Of a DNA stretch of 64,000 bases, positions 29,885-39,855 are shown piece by piece (within the stretch, counting starts at the first letter, position 1; the number at the start of each line of letters is the position of its first letter). The position numbers were made by a program, and so were the translations under genes. The notes under the pieces were generated by a model that was not told where the DNA came from, did no database searches, and saw nothing but the letters and a program-made list of their open reading frames with translations. Source of the DNA: an uncultured delta proteobacterium (GTDB lineage: Bacteria > Myxococcota > Kuafuiibacteriia > Kuafuiibacteriales > Kuafuiibacteriaceae); NCBI GenBank assembly GCA_963803435.1, contig CAWDML010000002.1, positions 192,001-256,000 of the forward strand, in the 5' to 3' direction.

Positions 29885-30787
29885 TCAGCCGCCGTTGCGC
29901 AGCCCCTGCTCGATCATCTTCGCCGGGACGCCCAGCTCCTCCAGCAGGTCGAGATCGAGCGAGAGGAAGGTGCCGACGGAGAACGCGTCGTCGTTGTGTA
30001 GGTCGATCTGGACGAACGGAATGATCGCCAGGGCGTCGAGCAGGCCGACGCGCACGCCGGCGCCCACGTTCACGGCCACCCGCGTGTCCTTCTGGAGGAT
30101 GGAGAGCAGATGGATCTGGCCGCCGATCGACCAGTATTTCGCAGAGGGGAGATAGTCGACACCCCCGTCGGCGCCGAGGAAGGTGCCGTCGCCCGTCAGC
30201 GAGGGATCGACGTACAGGCCGGCGCGCCAGTAGACCTGGGGCTCGTGGGTGAGCGCGACGGAGTCCTTGTCACCCACGCGCTCGTTCATGCAGGCGAAGT
30301 CGTCGATGTTGCCCATCGCCGAGATGTGCGCACCTGCGGAGACGATCGGATCCTTCCAGTCCTTCTCCGAGAAGAACAGGATCATCCGCGGCCGGATGAA
30401 GACGAACCAGCTCCGGATCTCGAGGCCGGTGAGCTCGCCCTCGGCGCTGCAGCCGATCTTGGGGGCGGCGTTCGGAGGCGGCTGCGCGCGAGGCTCGGGA
30501 CAGGGGCCGTACCCGGTCACCGGGTCGTGCGGGTTCGCGACGCAGGGGCAGCGATCTCCGCACGCGTCGGGAATGCCGTCGCCATCGGTGTCGACCAGGT
30601 TCTGGCCGATCGCGCTCGCGTGGCAGAGGTGATCGAGGTGATTGTCCTCGGTGATCTCCACGTGCGGGCACTTCGGATCGAAGGCCTGGCACGGCTTGCA
30701 GGTCTCCTGCGCGCGGGAGGCGCGCGGAGGAAGCGCGCCCGCGATGCCGATCGCGAGGATGGCGATCAGGCGAAGAAGCTTTCGCAT
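29885..30787 (-). CDS. Secreted Cys-rich protein with a thrombospondin type-3-like repeat and a beta-rich C-terminus
   Basis: Signal peptide MRKLLRLIAILAIGIAGA..ASRA; DTDGDGIPDACGDRCPCVANP. Confidence 0.72.
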   Translation of the reverse strand: MRKLLRLIAILAIGIAGALPPRASRAQETCKPCQAFDPKCPHVEITEDNHLDHLCHASAIGQNLVDTDGDGIPDACGDRCPCVANPHDPVTGYGPCPEPRAQPPPNAAPKIGCSAEGELTGLEIRSWFVFIRPRMILFFSEKDWKDPIVSAGAHISAMGNIDDFACMNERVGDKDSVALTHEPQVYWRAGLYVDPSLTGDGTFLGADGGVDYLPSAKYWSIGGQIHLLSILQKDTRVAVNVGAGVRVGLLDALAIIPFVQIDLHNDDAFSVGTFLSLDLDLLEELGVPAKMIEQGLRNGG

Positions 30788-31791
30788 AGCTGGAACTTCT
30801 GGAGCTCCGAACCCATGAGCATGTGCGAGCGGACGTTCGTGAAGATGCTGTCCATGCGATCCTTCAGCCCGCCGGGGTACATCTTCATGGTGAGGTCGGC
30901 GGGTACCAGGCCGTCGCCCCGGACGACGCTGTGATCGTCGAGCTGATCGAGGACCGGCAGCGCCGGGAACGCCGGGATGGACGCCCGCGTGTTGTGGTTG
31001 CGCCCCTGGATCACGACGAACCGCTCGATCCGCTTGAGCGCCTCGAAGGTCTCCTGGGCCAGCATCAGCAGCATCTCCTGCGCTCGAAGTAGGAGCTGCG
31101 GATGGAGGCCCTCCGTGGGATCGGTGGAGAGGAGGCCCGCGCGCTCCCAGGTCTTCGGCTTGAGCAGCTCGGAGCCCTCCACGCCGGCCACGCCGACGTG
31201 CCAGCGCGGCAGCATCATGTAGACCGAAGGCCAGGTCCGCACCACGCGCTTGTCGACGACGACACCCGGGAGCAGATCGACGCCCTCGAGCAAGGCGGTG
31301 GCGGCGTTGACGTTGCCGCCGAAGGGCACGCCGAGGAACACCACCCTCCGCACCAACCGGTGGAAGTCGTCGGGGCTGATCGAGAGGGACGCGACCAGCA
31401 GGATCAGACCGCCCTGCGAGTGACAGACCACGTCCCACTGATCGCCGCTGGCGCTCAGGAACTCGCGGAGCTTGCCGGCGCTGTAGCGGATGTCGAGGCG
31501 CCAGTCGTAGTCGTAGAACGTGTACCTCGGCGTCAGGGACTCCTCGAACGGCCGGTACACGGCGCTGATGTGCCCGCTCGCGCCGATGTCGATCGGGCCC
31601 GAGCCGTCCGCGAGGCCGGAGGTGCGCCGAGGCTCGAGCACGTCCGGATCGTCGTCGTGCTCGCAGTGCAGCGCGTTCTGGGAGCCGAGGGCCATCTCGA
31701 GGATCGACCCGACCTGCTCGCCGAAGGCACCGTTGGCGCGCCTCGAGTAGATGCATCCGCCCGTGCCGGGGATGAACAACCGCTTGGCCAT
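30766..31791 (-). CDS. Alpha/beta-hydrolase lipase (LCAT/PGAP1-like)
   Basis: FIPGTGG, YDWRLD, CHSQGGL nucleophile elbow, LGVPFGG, GDGLVP, SHMLM. Confidence 0.85.
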   Translation of the reverse strand: MAKRLFIPGTGGCIYSRRANGAFGEQVGSILEMALGSQNALHCEHDDDPDVLEPRRTSGLADGSGPIDIGASGHISAVYRPFEESLTPRYTFYDYDWRLDIRYSAGKLREFLSASGDQWDVVCHSQGGLILLVASLSISPDDFHRLVRRVVFLGVPFGGNVNAATALLEGVDLLPGVVVDKRVVRTWPSVYMMLPRWHVGVAGVEGSELLKPKTWERAGLLSTDPTEGLHPQLLLRAQEMLLMLAQETFEALKRIERFVVIQGRNHNTRASIPAFPALPVLDQLDDHSVVRGDGLVPADLTMKMYPGGLKDRMDSIFTNVRSHMLMGSELQKFQLCESFFA

Positions 31792-31858
31792 GGACGCGCT
31801 CGAAGCGTACCAGCGCCGCCGGTCGGGAGCGACTGTCCGAAAGATCAGGAGCGTCGCG

Positions 31859-33047
31859 TCAGCGCTCGCGCGCCACCCGCACGATCCGATTGTTCAGGCT
31901 GTCCATGACGTACAGGTTGCCGTCCGGATCGAACGCGAGCCCGAACGGCCGCCGGAGCCGCGTCATGGTGGCCGGGAGCTGCTCCGCGTCGTCCACGCCG
32001 AGCTCGCCGGTCCCCGCGACCGTGCGGATGAGGCCGGTGTCGAGCGCGATCGCGCGGACCACGCTGTTGTCCGTGTCGGCGAAGTAGAGGTCGCCCTCCG
32101 GCCCAATCTCGAGGTCGCGCGGGCCGCTCAGCGACGCCTCTTTGGCCGGCCCGCCGTCGCCGGTGTAGCCCGCCTCTCCCGTGCCGGCGAACGTGTCGAT
32201 GATCCCGCTCGAGAGATCGATCCGCCGGATCCGGTTGGCCTCGGTGTCGGAGAGATAGAGCGCGCCCTCGTGGTGGAGGACGTAGCCGCTCGGGTTGGGG
32301 CTCGAGGTGTCGGCGAAGGAGAGCTGAGCGTCGCTGGCGAGGCCGCCGTCGCCGGTGAAGCCCATGACCCCGGTGCCCGCGATCGTCTCGATGGTGCCCG
32401 CGGGGTCGATCCTGCGGAGCCGCTGGTTCTGCTGATCGACGATGTAGAGGTTGCCGGCGGCGTCGAGCGTCAGAATCGTTCGGCCGCATGAAGCGCGCGT
32501 CGCTGGCCGGCCCCCCGTCGCCCGCGAAGCCCACGTCCCCGCCGGCGAGCACCTTCACCCAGCCGGTGTCCGGATCGATCGTGAGCACCTTGTAGTTGTG
32601 CCACGCGGCCAGGAGGACCGACCCGTCCGGGCCCCGGATCAGCCCGGTCGGATGGGTCAGCTGCCAGTCGCTGCCGGCTGCGCCGCCGGGTGGTGTGCCG
32701 GCCAGCGGTCCGTCGCCCGGGAACACGGGATCGATCCATCCCACCATCGTCTCGACGGTTCCGTCCGGGTGCACGCGCCGAACCATGTGGTTGTTGAGGT
32801 CGCTGTACCAGGCGGTTCCGTCGTCGAGGAAGAGCAGGTCCTGGACCTGGTTGGTCTGCGTCTCGTAGCGCTCGAGGCCCTCGCCGTTGAAGCCCTGCTC
32901 ACCCTTCTGTCCCAGCCAGGTGCACGCGGTACCGGGTGCCTGATCCGCACACGCGTCGGTGGCCTTCGCCGGGCTCGATCCGCAGGCCGAGAGGATCAGC
33001 GCCGAAGCGAGGAGCCGAACCGCCCCCCTCGGTTCTTGCGGACGCAT
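31859..33047 (-). CDS. NHL-repeat beta-propeller lipoprotein, frameshift near 32470
   Basis: LILSAC lipobox; repeated AG.G..GF.GDGGPA..A.L..P; split over ORFs 31845..33047 and 31859..32365. Confidence 0.82.
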
Positions 33048-33091
33048 GGGACCAGCCTAGCACGCGAGCCCAGGCCGGCGGCGCGGGCGGC

Positions 33092-33493
33092 TCAAGCCGC
33101 GGGCGCTGGACGGAGCTGCTTCCGGATCTTCTTGGAGAAGGTCTTCGTACAACCGCCGTGACTCGCCTCGTACGCGATGATCTCGCGGACCAGGCGTGCC
33201 TTCGTCTCGTCCGAGATCAACGTACACTCGTTGACCTCGCCCGCCAGCTTCACGCCCTCGCGGCTGCTCGGCGCCGTCCGATCGCGCGCGACGCTCTCCT
33301 TGAGGTCGGGCTTCGACGTCTGGGGCCCACGGCCCTGAGCGGACTTCGTCTTGGTCACGTCCCGAGGACCGTAATCCTCCATTCGCCGGCCTGATCCACC
33401 GCAACCCGGACAGGTCTTGGTCGCCCCGAAGGCATTCCCGATCCGCCCATCTCCGCCGCAAATCACGCAGGATTCATCCGACTGGTCGAACAT
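33092..33493 (-). CDS. Small protein with a DnaJ-type zinc finger
   Basis: CVICGGDG and CPGCGGSG (CxxCxGxG twice); ATG 33493. Confidence 0.78.
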   Translation of the reverse strand: MFDQSDESCVICGGDGRIGNAFGATKTCPGCGGSGRRMEDYGPRDVTKTKSAQGRGPQTSKPDLKESVARDRTAPSSREGVKLAGEVNECTLISDETKARLVREIIAYEASHGGCTKTFSKKIRKQLRPAPAA

Positions 33494-33704
33494 TCGGGGA
33501 GCATACGCCGATGCGCCGCGGTGCGGATGCGCGTCGTCTTTTATCCTACCTGTGATGTCTTCTCTACAGTGCAGCCTGTCGGTTACATCCGACGAACCGA
33601 GGCCCACGCTGTCGGATTCAGCGCGGGACCCGTCAGGCATGCGCCGTGCCTTTGGCCACGGCAGGGGACAGGACCGTCCCCAGCCAAGCACTGGAGGAAC
33701 CAAC

Positions 33705-34593
33705 GTGGCGCTATCACCTGTAGGAGCACAGACCGGCGGTCAATTGGCGAGCACCCTGGCGATCGCGGATCTGCCCGAGGAGATCCAGGCGAAGATCCGC
33801 GAGCAGGCCGGCGAGTTCGGCGAGGGCGACATCGACAAGATCGACACCGCCGACGAGGCGAGAGCCCTCCAGAAGCTCTTGCTCGGCCTGGATCCGGCCA
33901 CCGTCCAGGCCAACCCCGCGCTCGCCCAGCTCCAGCAGCTCGCCCAGACCATGGATTCCGTCGCTCCTGGTGGAGATGATCAAGAACAACGCCGGACCCA
34001 ACGCGCAGAACGGGGGCAACCAGCCAGGACGCGACCTCGGCTCCGGCCGCGGCCCGTCGTTCGGGCGCATGTCGTCCCAGGGCCCCGGAGCGTGGAACGG
34101 CGGCGCGTCCAACTCGGCGGCATCCGGCCCGGCGCAAGCCTCCTATCCCGCGCCTGGGAGCCTCTCGGGAGACCGCTCGCACCAAGCGATGCAATACCTC
34201 CAGTCCGAGCTCGGTCTCACCAAGGAGCAGGCGGCGGGCGTCGTCGGGAACCTGGCTGCCGAGTCCGGCGGAAGCCTCAACCCCGAGGCCGTCGGCGACA
34301 ACGGACACGCCCTCGGCATCGCCCAGTGGAACGGTCCCCGCAAGCAAGCCTTGGAGGACTTCGCGGCCCGACAGGGCAAGTCACCGACCGACTTCGGCCT
34401 CCAGCTTCAGTTCCTCGCACACGAGCTCAAGACCAGCCAGAGCGGCGCGCTCGCCTCGCTGAGGGGCGCCCAGACCGCCGACCAGGCCGCGCTCGTGTTC
34501 TCCCGCGACTTCGAGCGCCCGGGCATCCCTCGCAACGATCAACGCGTCGCCTACGCCCAGCAGGCGCTCCAGCTCGGCGCTGCGATGGCCTAG
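33705..34593 (+). CDS. Phage-tail-type lysozyme (Phage_lysozyme2) with a long N-terminal extension; one frameshift near 33960
   Basis: GGAGG RBS + GTG 33705; AAGVVGNLAAESG, GIAQWNGPRK, QLQFLAHEL, FSRDFERPG; stop is the TAG of the element's CTAG. Confidence 0.82.
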
Positions 34594-34663
34594 GAGCGTG
34601 TAGCGCGTAGCGCTACCGCGAGCCCGGTCCGGGTCCCGGTCCCGGTCCCGGTCCCGATGGCGA

Positions 34664-34832
34664 TCATGCAGCCCGGCGTGCGTTCATCGACTTGATGAGG
34701 CGCGTGAGCCTCTCGACAACGCGCTTGAGCTTGGCTCTGGCGGCTTGGACCTTCTGCTCGTTGGCGAGTCGGCGCCTCAAGCAGGTGTGGAGTGAGGCGG
34801 CGCTTTCGGTGCCAGAGCGAAGTGCCATCCGG
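34664..34832 (-). pseudogene. 3' fragment of the four helix bundle gene
   Basis: RMALRSGTESAASLHTCLRRRLANEQKVQAARAKLKRVVERLTRLIKSMNARRAA matches 29367..29735 except D/G. Confidence 0.85.
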
Positions 34833-35238
34833 CAACTGCGGCGATGCTCCGCGGAAGATGACGGCAGACAACGGCTATCTGAGCGCGACCAACATCGAAT
34901 TCTGCGACAACAATCAGATCGATGCCCACATCGCTGTTGGACGCGAACAGAACCAAGACGCGTCGACTCCGTCCTCATCAGCTTCGGAGCTCACACCTGC
35001 CTCGCTCGCTCGCAAGCGAATGCGAGACAAGTTGCAAACGCGCGACGGCAAGGCGGTCTACGCCCGCAGGAAGAGTATCGTCGAACCGGCGCTCGGACAG
35101 ATCAAAGGGGCACGAGGATTCCGCCGGTTCTCGCTCCGCTCCTTCTTCAAGGTACGAGCCGAGTGGACGCTCGTCTGCCTCACCCACAACCTGCTCAAGC
35201 TCTCCCGATCGAAGCTCGCGACCGTCGCGAGCGTCTGA
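34831..35238 (+). pseudogene. IS1182-family transposase, C-terminal fragment
   Basis: TADNGYLS, MRDKLQT..GKAVYARRKSIVEPALGQIK..RGFRRFSLR, EWTLVCLTHNLLKL. Confidence 0.88.
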
Positions 35239-35324
35239 CTCAAGGCAGCCATCTTCAGATCGGGACCCGGACCGGGACCGGGACCCGGACCGGGGTCGCG
35301 TGAGCGCTTACGCGCTACACGCTC

Positions 35325-35849
35325 CTAGCGCAGCACCGCGATCGCGTCGCCTGCGCGCACCACGCCCGGCGCGATCACCTCGCAGTGGACGCCGCGGAGC
35401 CGCAACGGCCGGTTCTCCTTGATCGCCACCCACCGGTGCGCGCCGGCGCCGAAGCGGGCGCTGAACTTCGCGCAGCCGAGGTGGGGCTCGTCGGTGATCG
35501 CGATGATCGCCGTGCCGATCGAGAGGCGCGTCCCGGGCGGGAGGTTCTCCTCGGAGAGGTCGAGGTCGACCTGGAAGTTGTCGCCCGAGTGGTGGGACGC
35601 CCGGCCCTCGTGTGCGATCAGGTCCGCGACGGTCGTGCGGATCATCGTGAGCTGAGAGTGGCGCTTCGGCGTCTCACCGGCGGCCCAGCGATCGCCCAGC
35701 GCGCCGCCGGCGAGCGTGAGCTCCACGGACTCGACCGTGTCGTGGACGCCGTCGCCCTTCCTGAGGCAGATGGTCCGGACCCGACCCTGATCCCTGGGCG
35801 CGGGCGCCGCGGCGGCCCAACCTTGCTCCAGCTCTTCGAGTGTGTGCAT
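35325..35849 (-). CDS. MOSC domain protein
   Basis: GDRW, SGDNFQVDLDLSEENLPPGTRL, PHLGCAKF, LRGVHCEVIAPGVVRAGD. Confidence 0.88.
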   Translation of the reverse strand: MHTLEELEQGWAAAAPAPRDQGRVRTICLRKGDGVHDTVESVELTLAGGALGDRWAAGETPKRHSQLTMIRTTVADLIAHEGRASHHSGDNFQVDLDLSEENLPPGTRLSIGTAIIAITDEPHLGCAKFSARFGAGAHRWVAIKENRPLRLRGVHCEVIAPGVVRAGDAIAVLR

Positions 35850-35865
35850 CGCGTCCTCCTCGATC

Positions 35866-38800
35866 TCACTGCGCGCGCGGGCAGGAGAGGGGAAAGTGCT
35901 TGTATTCGAGCAGCGGGTTCTGCGTGCCGCTGGTCCTGAACTGCAAGGGAACTTGCACTTGACCTTGCTTGAAGGAGAAGCGGAGCTCGACCCAGCCGCC
36001 GGCGAGCGGCTTGATGCTGGCGCGATCGGCCAGGCGGAAGAGGGACCAGTCACCCCAGGCCTCGATGGGCTCGCTGAGGCCCTCGAGGGAGAGCCGGGCG
36101 CGGCCGACCTTGGTGGGCCAAGGGAAGGACCAGGTCTCGGAGGGCCCGAACTTGTAGGTGCGATGGGCGTCGCCGAGCTCGAGCGTCACGCCGGTGATGT
36201 GCACGTTGGCGCCCGGCGCGGTGATGATGCCCTGGGGCCGGACCTGGAACTCGCGGTCGAGGGCGGCGGCGCTGCCGGGGAAGAGGGTGGCGCGGACCAG
36301 CGAGGCTCGCTTGTAGAAGGCGACCACGTCCTTCGAGACGTGGGCGTTGGGCTTGGTGTCGACCGTGTCGCCCAGGCGCTGGAGGTCCTGCTGGAGCGCC
36401 CCGTCGAAGAACACCCAGGCGGCGCCCGTGGGGCCAAACATGGCGACGACGGCGTCGGGGAGGGCGTCGTCGTCGGCCTTGCGGGCGAAGGGGTAGCGGC
36501 CCGCCAGCGTCTCCTGGAAGAGGTCGCAGACCTTCTCGGAGAAGGCCTTGGCGGTGCGGCTGTAGCGCTCGGTCTCGGCCTCTGCGGTGACGCCGCGGAG
36601 CGCGTCGAGGAAGAGCGGCTTGACCAGCTTACCCAGGGAGGGCGGCACGGGGCGGAAGACGGTGTCGACCGCGTCCTTGGCCTCGGCCACCGCGCTCTCC
36701 AGCTCCTTGGTGCTGGCGTCGTCGGCCTGGGCCAGCTTCTCGATGGCGCCCTTCACGCCGGCCAGCTTGTCGAGGAGCTCGCCGAGCGCGGCCTTGGGGA
36801 CGTTGCCGCTGGCGTCGGGCGACGGGTCGACCAGCTGGAAGAGGGGCGCGAACTCCTCCTGCACCGCGTTCTTCCCCGCGGGCGTCTTGCCGGCGAGCTT
36901 GCCTGCCAGCGCACCGGCGGGGCCCTTGAGCTTGCCGCCGGCGGCGAGGGCGTCGTCGGCGGCGGTGGGGAAGCCCATCTGGGCCTTCATGCCGCGGAAG
37001 AGCAGCTCGAGGATTCGAGGGCTTGGTGGTGAGCTCGTCGAGGACGCCGCGCGCGTCGGGGAGCGAGCGGGCGTCGCGGATTGAGAGCTCCCGGAGGAAG
37101 CGCTGCCACTCGGCGGAGAAGTGCTCGAGGTACTGCTCCTTCGCCTTCTCGACCATCTCCGCGTTGCTGGCGAAGGCGCCCAGCACCCAGGCCTCCGCGC
37201 CCTCGGGGCTGTCCTCGAAGCTGCCGCGGACCCTGCGCCAGCCGTCGAGGGTGTAGAGGCGATTCGACGTCGCGTCCGGCGCGCAGCGCGTCCGGAACCT
37301 TGCCGCCGCAGATCTCGGTGAGGGAGAGCGGCTTGCCGGCCAGCTTCTTCGCGGAGGCGACCATCCGCAGGTACTCGGCGTCGCGGCGTCGCAGGCTGGC
37401 GCGGGCGTCCTGGATCAGCGTGTCGCTGGGCGTGGGCCAGCGGACGGCGTCACGCGCGACCTCGTCCACGTAGGTGCGTGCCAGCGTCTTGAGCAGATCG
37501 GTCTCGCTGGCGGCGCTGCCGTCGAGGCGCCGGCGCCAGACGTCGACCAGCACCGGCACCACGAAGTCGCGGTCGAGCCGCGCCTTCTCGCGCGTGAGCA
37601 TCAGGTAGGCCTTGAGCACGTCGTAGTCGGTGGCGACGTCGCCCGAGCCGGTGGCGTCGCCCAGCATCGACTCGAGCTCGATGCCGACGCGATCGACGAA
37701 CAGCTCCTGCATGGGCCGCTCGAAGGCCAGGCGGAGCGGGACCAGGAGATCGCCGCCGCTGTAGAAGCCGAAGCGGAGCGAGAGCGGCCGGTCGCTCACC
37801 TCCCAGCGCTCGAGGTCCTCCAGCCGCGCGGCCACCGGGACGATCGCGTGGAGGCGCTCGTAGTCGCTGGGCGACAGCTCGGTGTCGGGCCGCTGCAGGC
37901 TGCGGGCGAGCGTCACCGTCGACGCGATCAGCGCCGAGTTCTTCGAGTAGGAGATCAGCGAGAAGCCGCCGATGAGCGCAGCGGCGCCCAGCGAGACAGC
38001 CAGGCTGGCGACCACGGTGCGGCGGTGGCGCCGGCGTCCTGCGGCCGAGCGCTCGGTGGTGCGCGATCCGAGGAGGAGGAGCCGGGCGAACAGCTCGTGG
38101 AGGAAGAAGCTGCGGGCCCCGGGCGCGGCGGCCGAGTCGGGCCGTCCGGACAGACCGAAGGCCCGCCGCACCCGCTCGCCGGCCGGATCGATCGGCGCGC
38201 GATCCTGGGCCGCGCTGGCCAGGTAGGCGCCGGCCACCCGGGCGCGATCGCCGAGCGGGCTCGGCTCGTAAAGACGGCGGAGAAGGGCCTCCATCGGCGG
38301 CGCCAGCGCGGCGAGCTGCTCGGGGAGCGCGAAGGTGCCCGCGCGGAAGGCGGGCTCGAGGTAGGGGAGGCGGGCCACGGCGCCTGCGCGGAGCTGGGAC
38401 AGGAGGCCGTCGACCGCAGGTCGGATGCGCTGGGGATCGTCCGACTCCATGAACACGCCCAGGGCCTGCGCCCGCTCCGCGCTGGGGAGCACGCTGAAGG
38501 AGTCGACGAAGCCGGCCACCCGGTCCGCCCGCGAGAACATCAGGTAGAGCGGCGCGCGCCAGCCGAGGGCGTCGAAGACCTCGTGCGTCCGGCGGCGGAG
38601 TCGGAGCGCCAGGGCCTCGGCGTCGTCCGGCGTGGCCGAGGCCAGCTCGTCGAGCGCGATCACTGCGACCACCGCGTCCACCGGGACGGGCTTCTTCCTC
38701 GCGGCCAGCAGCGAGAGCAGCTCGAGCCAGGCGGCGTGCTCGACGCCGTCGTCCGCGAAGTAGGCGCCGGGGAGATCGAAGATCGCACCCTGCCGCGAGA

Positions 38801-39233
38801 GTGAGATCTCGAGCTGGGTCGAGCCGCCCTCCGGATCGGTGGTGAACGCCAGCTCGAGGCGGGCGCGGTGGATCGCCGCGCTCTTCCCCGCGCCGGGCGG
38901 TCCGATCATCAGCACGCGCGGCACGCGAAAGAGCGCCGGATCGCCGGCCAGCTTGGAGGCCTCCAGCACCTTCTCGAGCTGTTGCAGCTTGCCCTCGAGC
39001 TGGGCCTTCAGCTCGGGCGGGACCGACGGCTTGCTGGACCGGGTCAGCGCCGCCCGGGTGGCGCGCCGCTGGCGGAGGCCGAAGAGCAGCATGATCGGCA
39101 CCGGGAGCAGGAGCGCGATCGCGATCCCGATCCGGAGCCAGAGCGCGCTCACGCCGATGTTCGCGCCGAAGATCACGATCAGGGATCCGAGGACGAGGCC
39201 GAGCGCGATCAGGAGGACGCGGACCCACCGCAT
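35866..39233 (-). CDS. tssM: T6SS membrane subunit TssM (IcmF), two frameshifts near 37260 and 37015
   Basis: N-terminal TMs, GPPGAGKS Walker A, PLYLMFSRADRVAGF, YDVLKAYLML, GRYPF, WSFPWP, GDWSLFRL. Confidence 0.88.
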
Positions 39234-39240
39234 GGGATCT

Positions 39241-39855
39241 TCAGCCTCCGAACACGCGCATCGCCGCGAGCGCGTCGCCGCGGGCGGAGTCGAGGAGGAG
39301 GTAGAGCGCGCCCGAGAGCGCGAGGGCCAGGACCAGCACGCCGGCGGCCGCCGGGATCCAGGGGAAGGTCCGCGGCGGCGGGGGAGGCGGGGACTTCGGA
39401 AGCGCCTGCGGGCAGAGCGCCTCGGCGTGGTGTCCGAGCTCCGCGGCCAGCTCCGCCATGAGGCGCGCCAGCTCGTCGGGTGGGCCCATGCGATAGCGGC
39501 CCTGGAAGCCCAGGCACAGGCAGAGGTGGAAGACCTCGAGCACCGGGCGCGCCTCGGGCCCGCGGCGGCGGACCTTGTCGAGCCGCTCGAAGAACCGCAC
39601 CCCGGCGTTGCGCTCGCCGAACAGCGCCGACTGCAGCGGCTGGATGTCCCAGCCCAGCTGGTGCGCCTTGCCGGTGAACTGGATGCCCTCGTCGAGCGCG
39701 GCCACCAGGGCGTAGCGGGCGTCGTCGTCGTCGATCTCGGCGAGGGCCGCGGTCAGGCGCTCGCGCAGCGTGGCCGCCGAGGGGATCTCGACGCCCGGCT
39801 TCTGGATCTCGAGCAAGACGAGCAGCAGATCCGAGGCGGCTTGCGCGAGCGTCAT
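39241..39855 (-). CDS. tssL: T6SS TssL (DotU), without OmpA domain
   Basis: ARYALVAALDE, LQSALFGERNAGVRFF, LEVFHLCLCLGFQGRY, C-terminal TM. Confidence 0.92.
   Translation of the reverse strand: MTLAQAASDLLLVLLEIQKPGVEIPSAATLRERLTAALAEIDDDDARYALVAALDEGIQFTGKAHQLGWDIQPLQSALFGERNAGVRFFERLDKVRRRGPEARPVLEVFHLCLCLGFQGRYRMGPPDELARLMAELAAELGHHAEALCPQALPKSPPPPPPRTFPWIPAAAGVLVLALALSGALYLLLDSARGDALAAMRVFGG

Larger units (their letters stand above)
34590..35328. mobile_element. Defective IS1182-family element, copy 2 (inverted; 3' transposase part + 3' half of four-helix gene), CTAG at both ends
   Basis: 34590-34832 is the reverse complement of 29567-29809 (one difference seen); 35242-35328 is the reverse complement of 28354-28440. 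Confidence 0.88.

Noticed and set aside
29367-34832. Diversity-generating retroelement (Avd-like gene plus a duplicated segment as TR/VR)
   Set aside because: No reverse transcriptase in the window. The duplicate is an inverted IS end with a single A/G difference, not an adenine-mutagenised repeat in a target gene.
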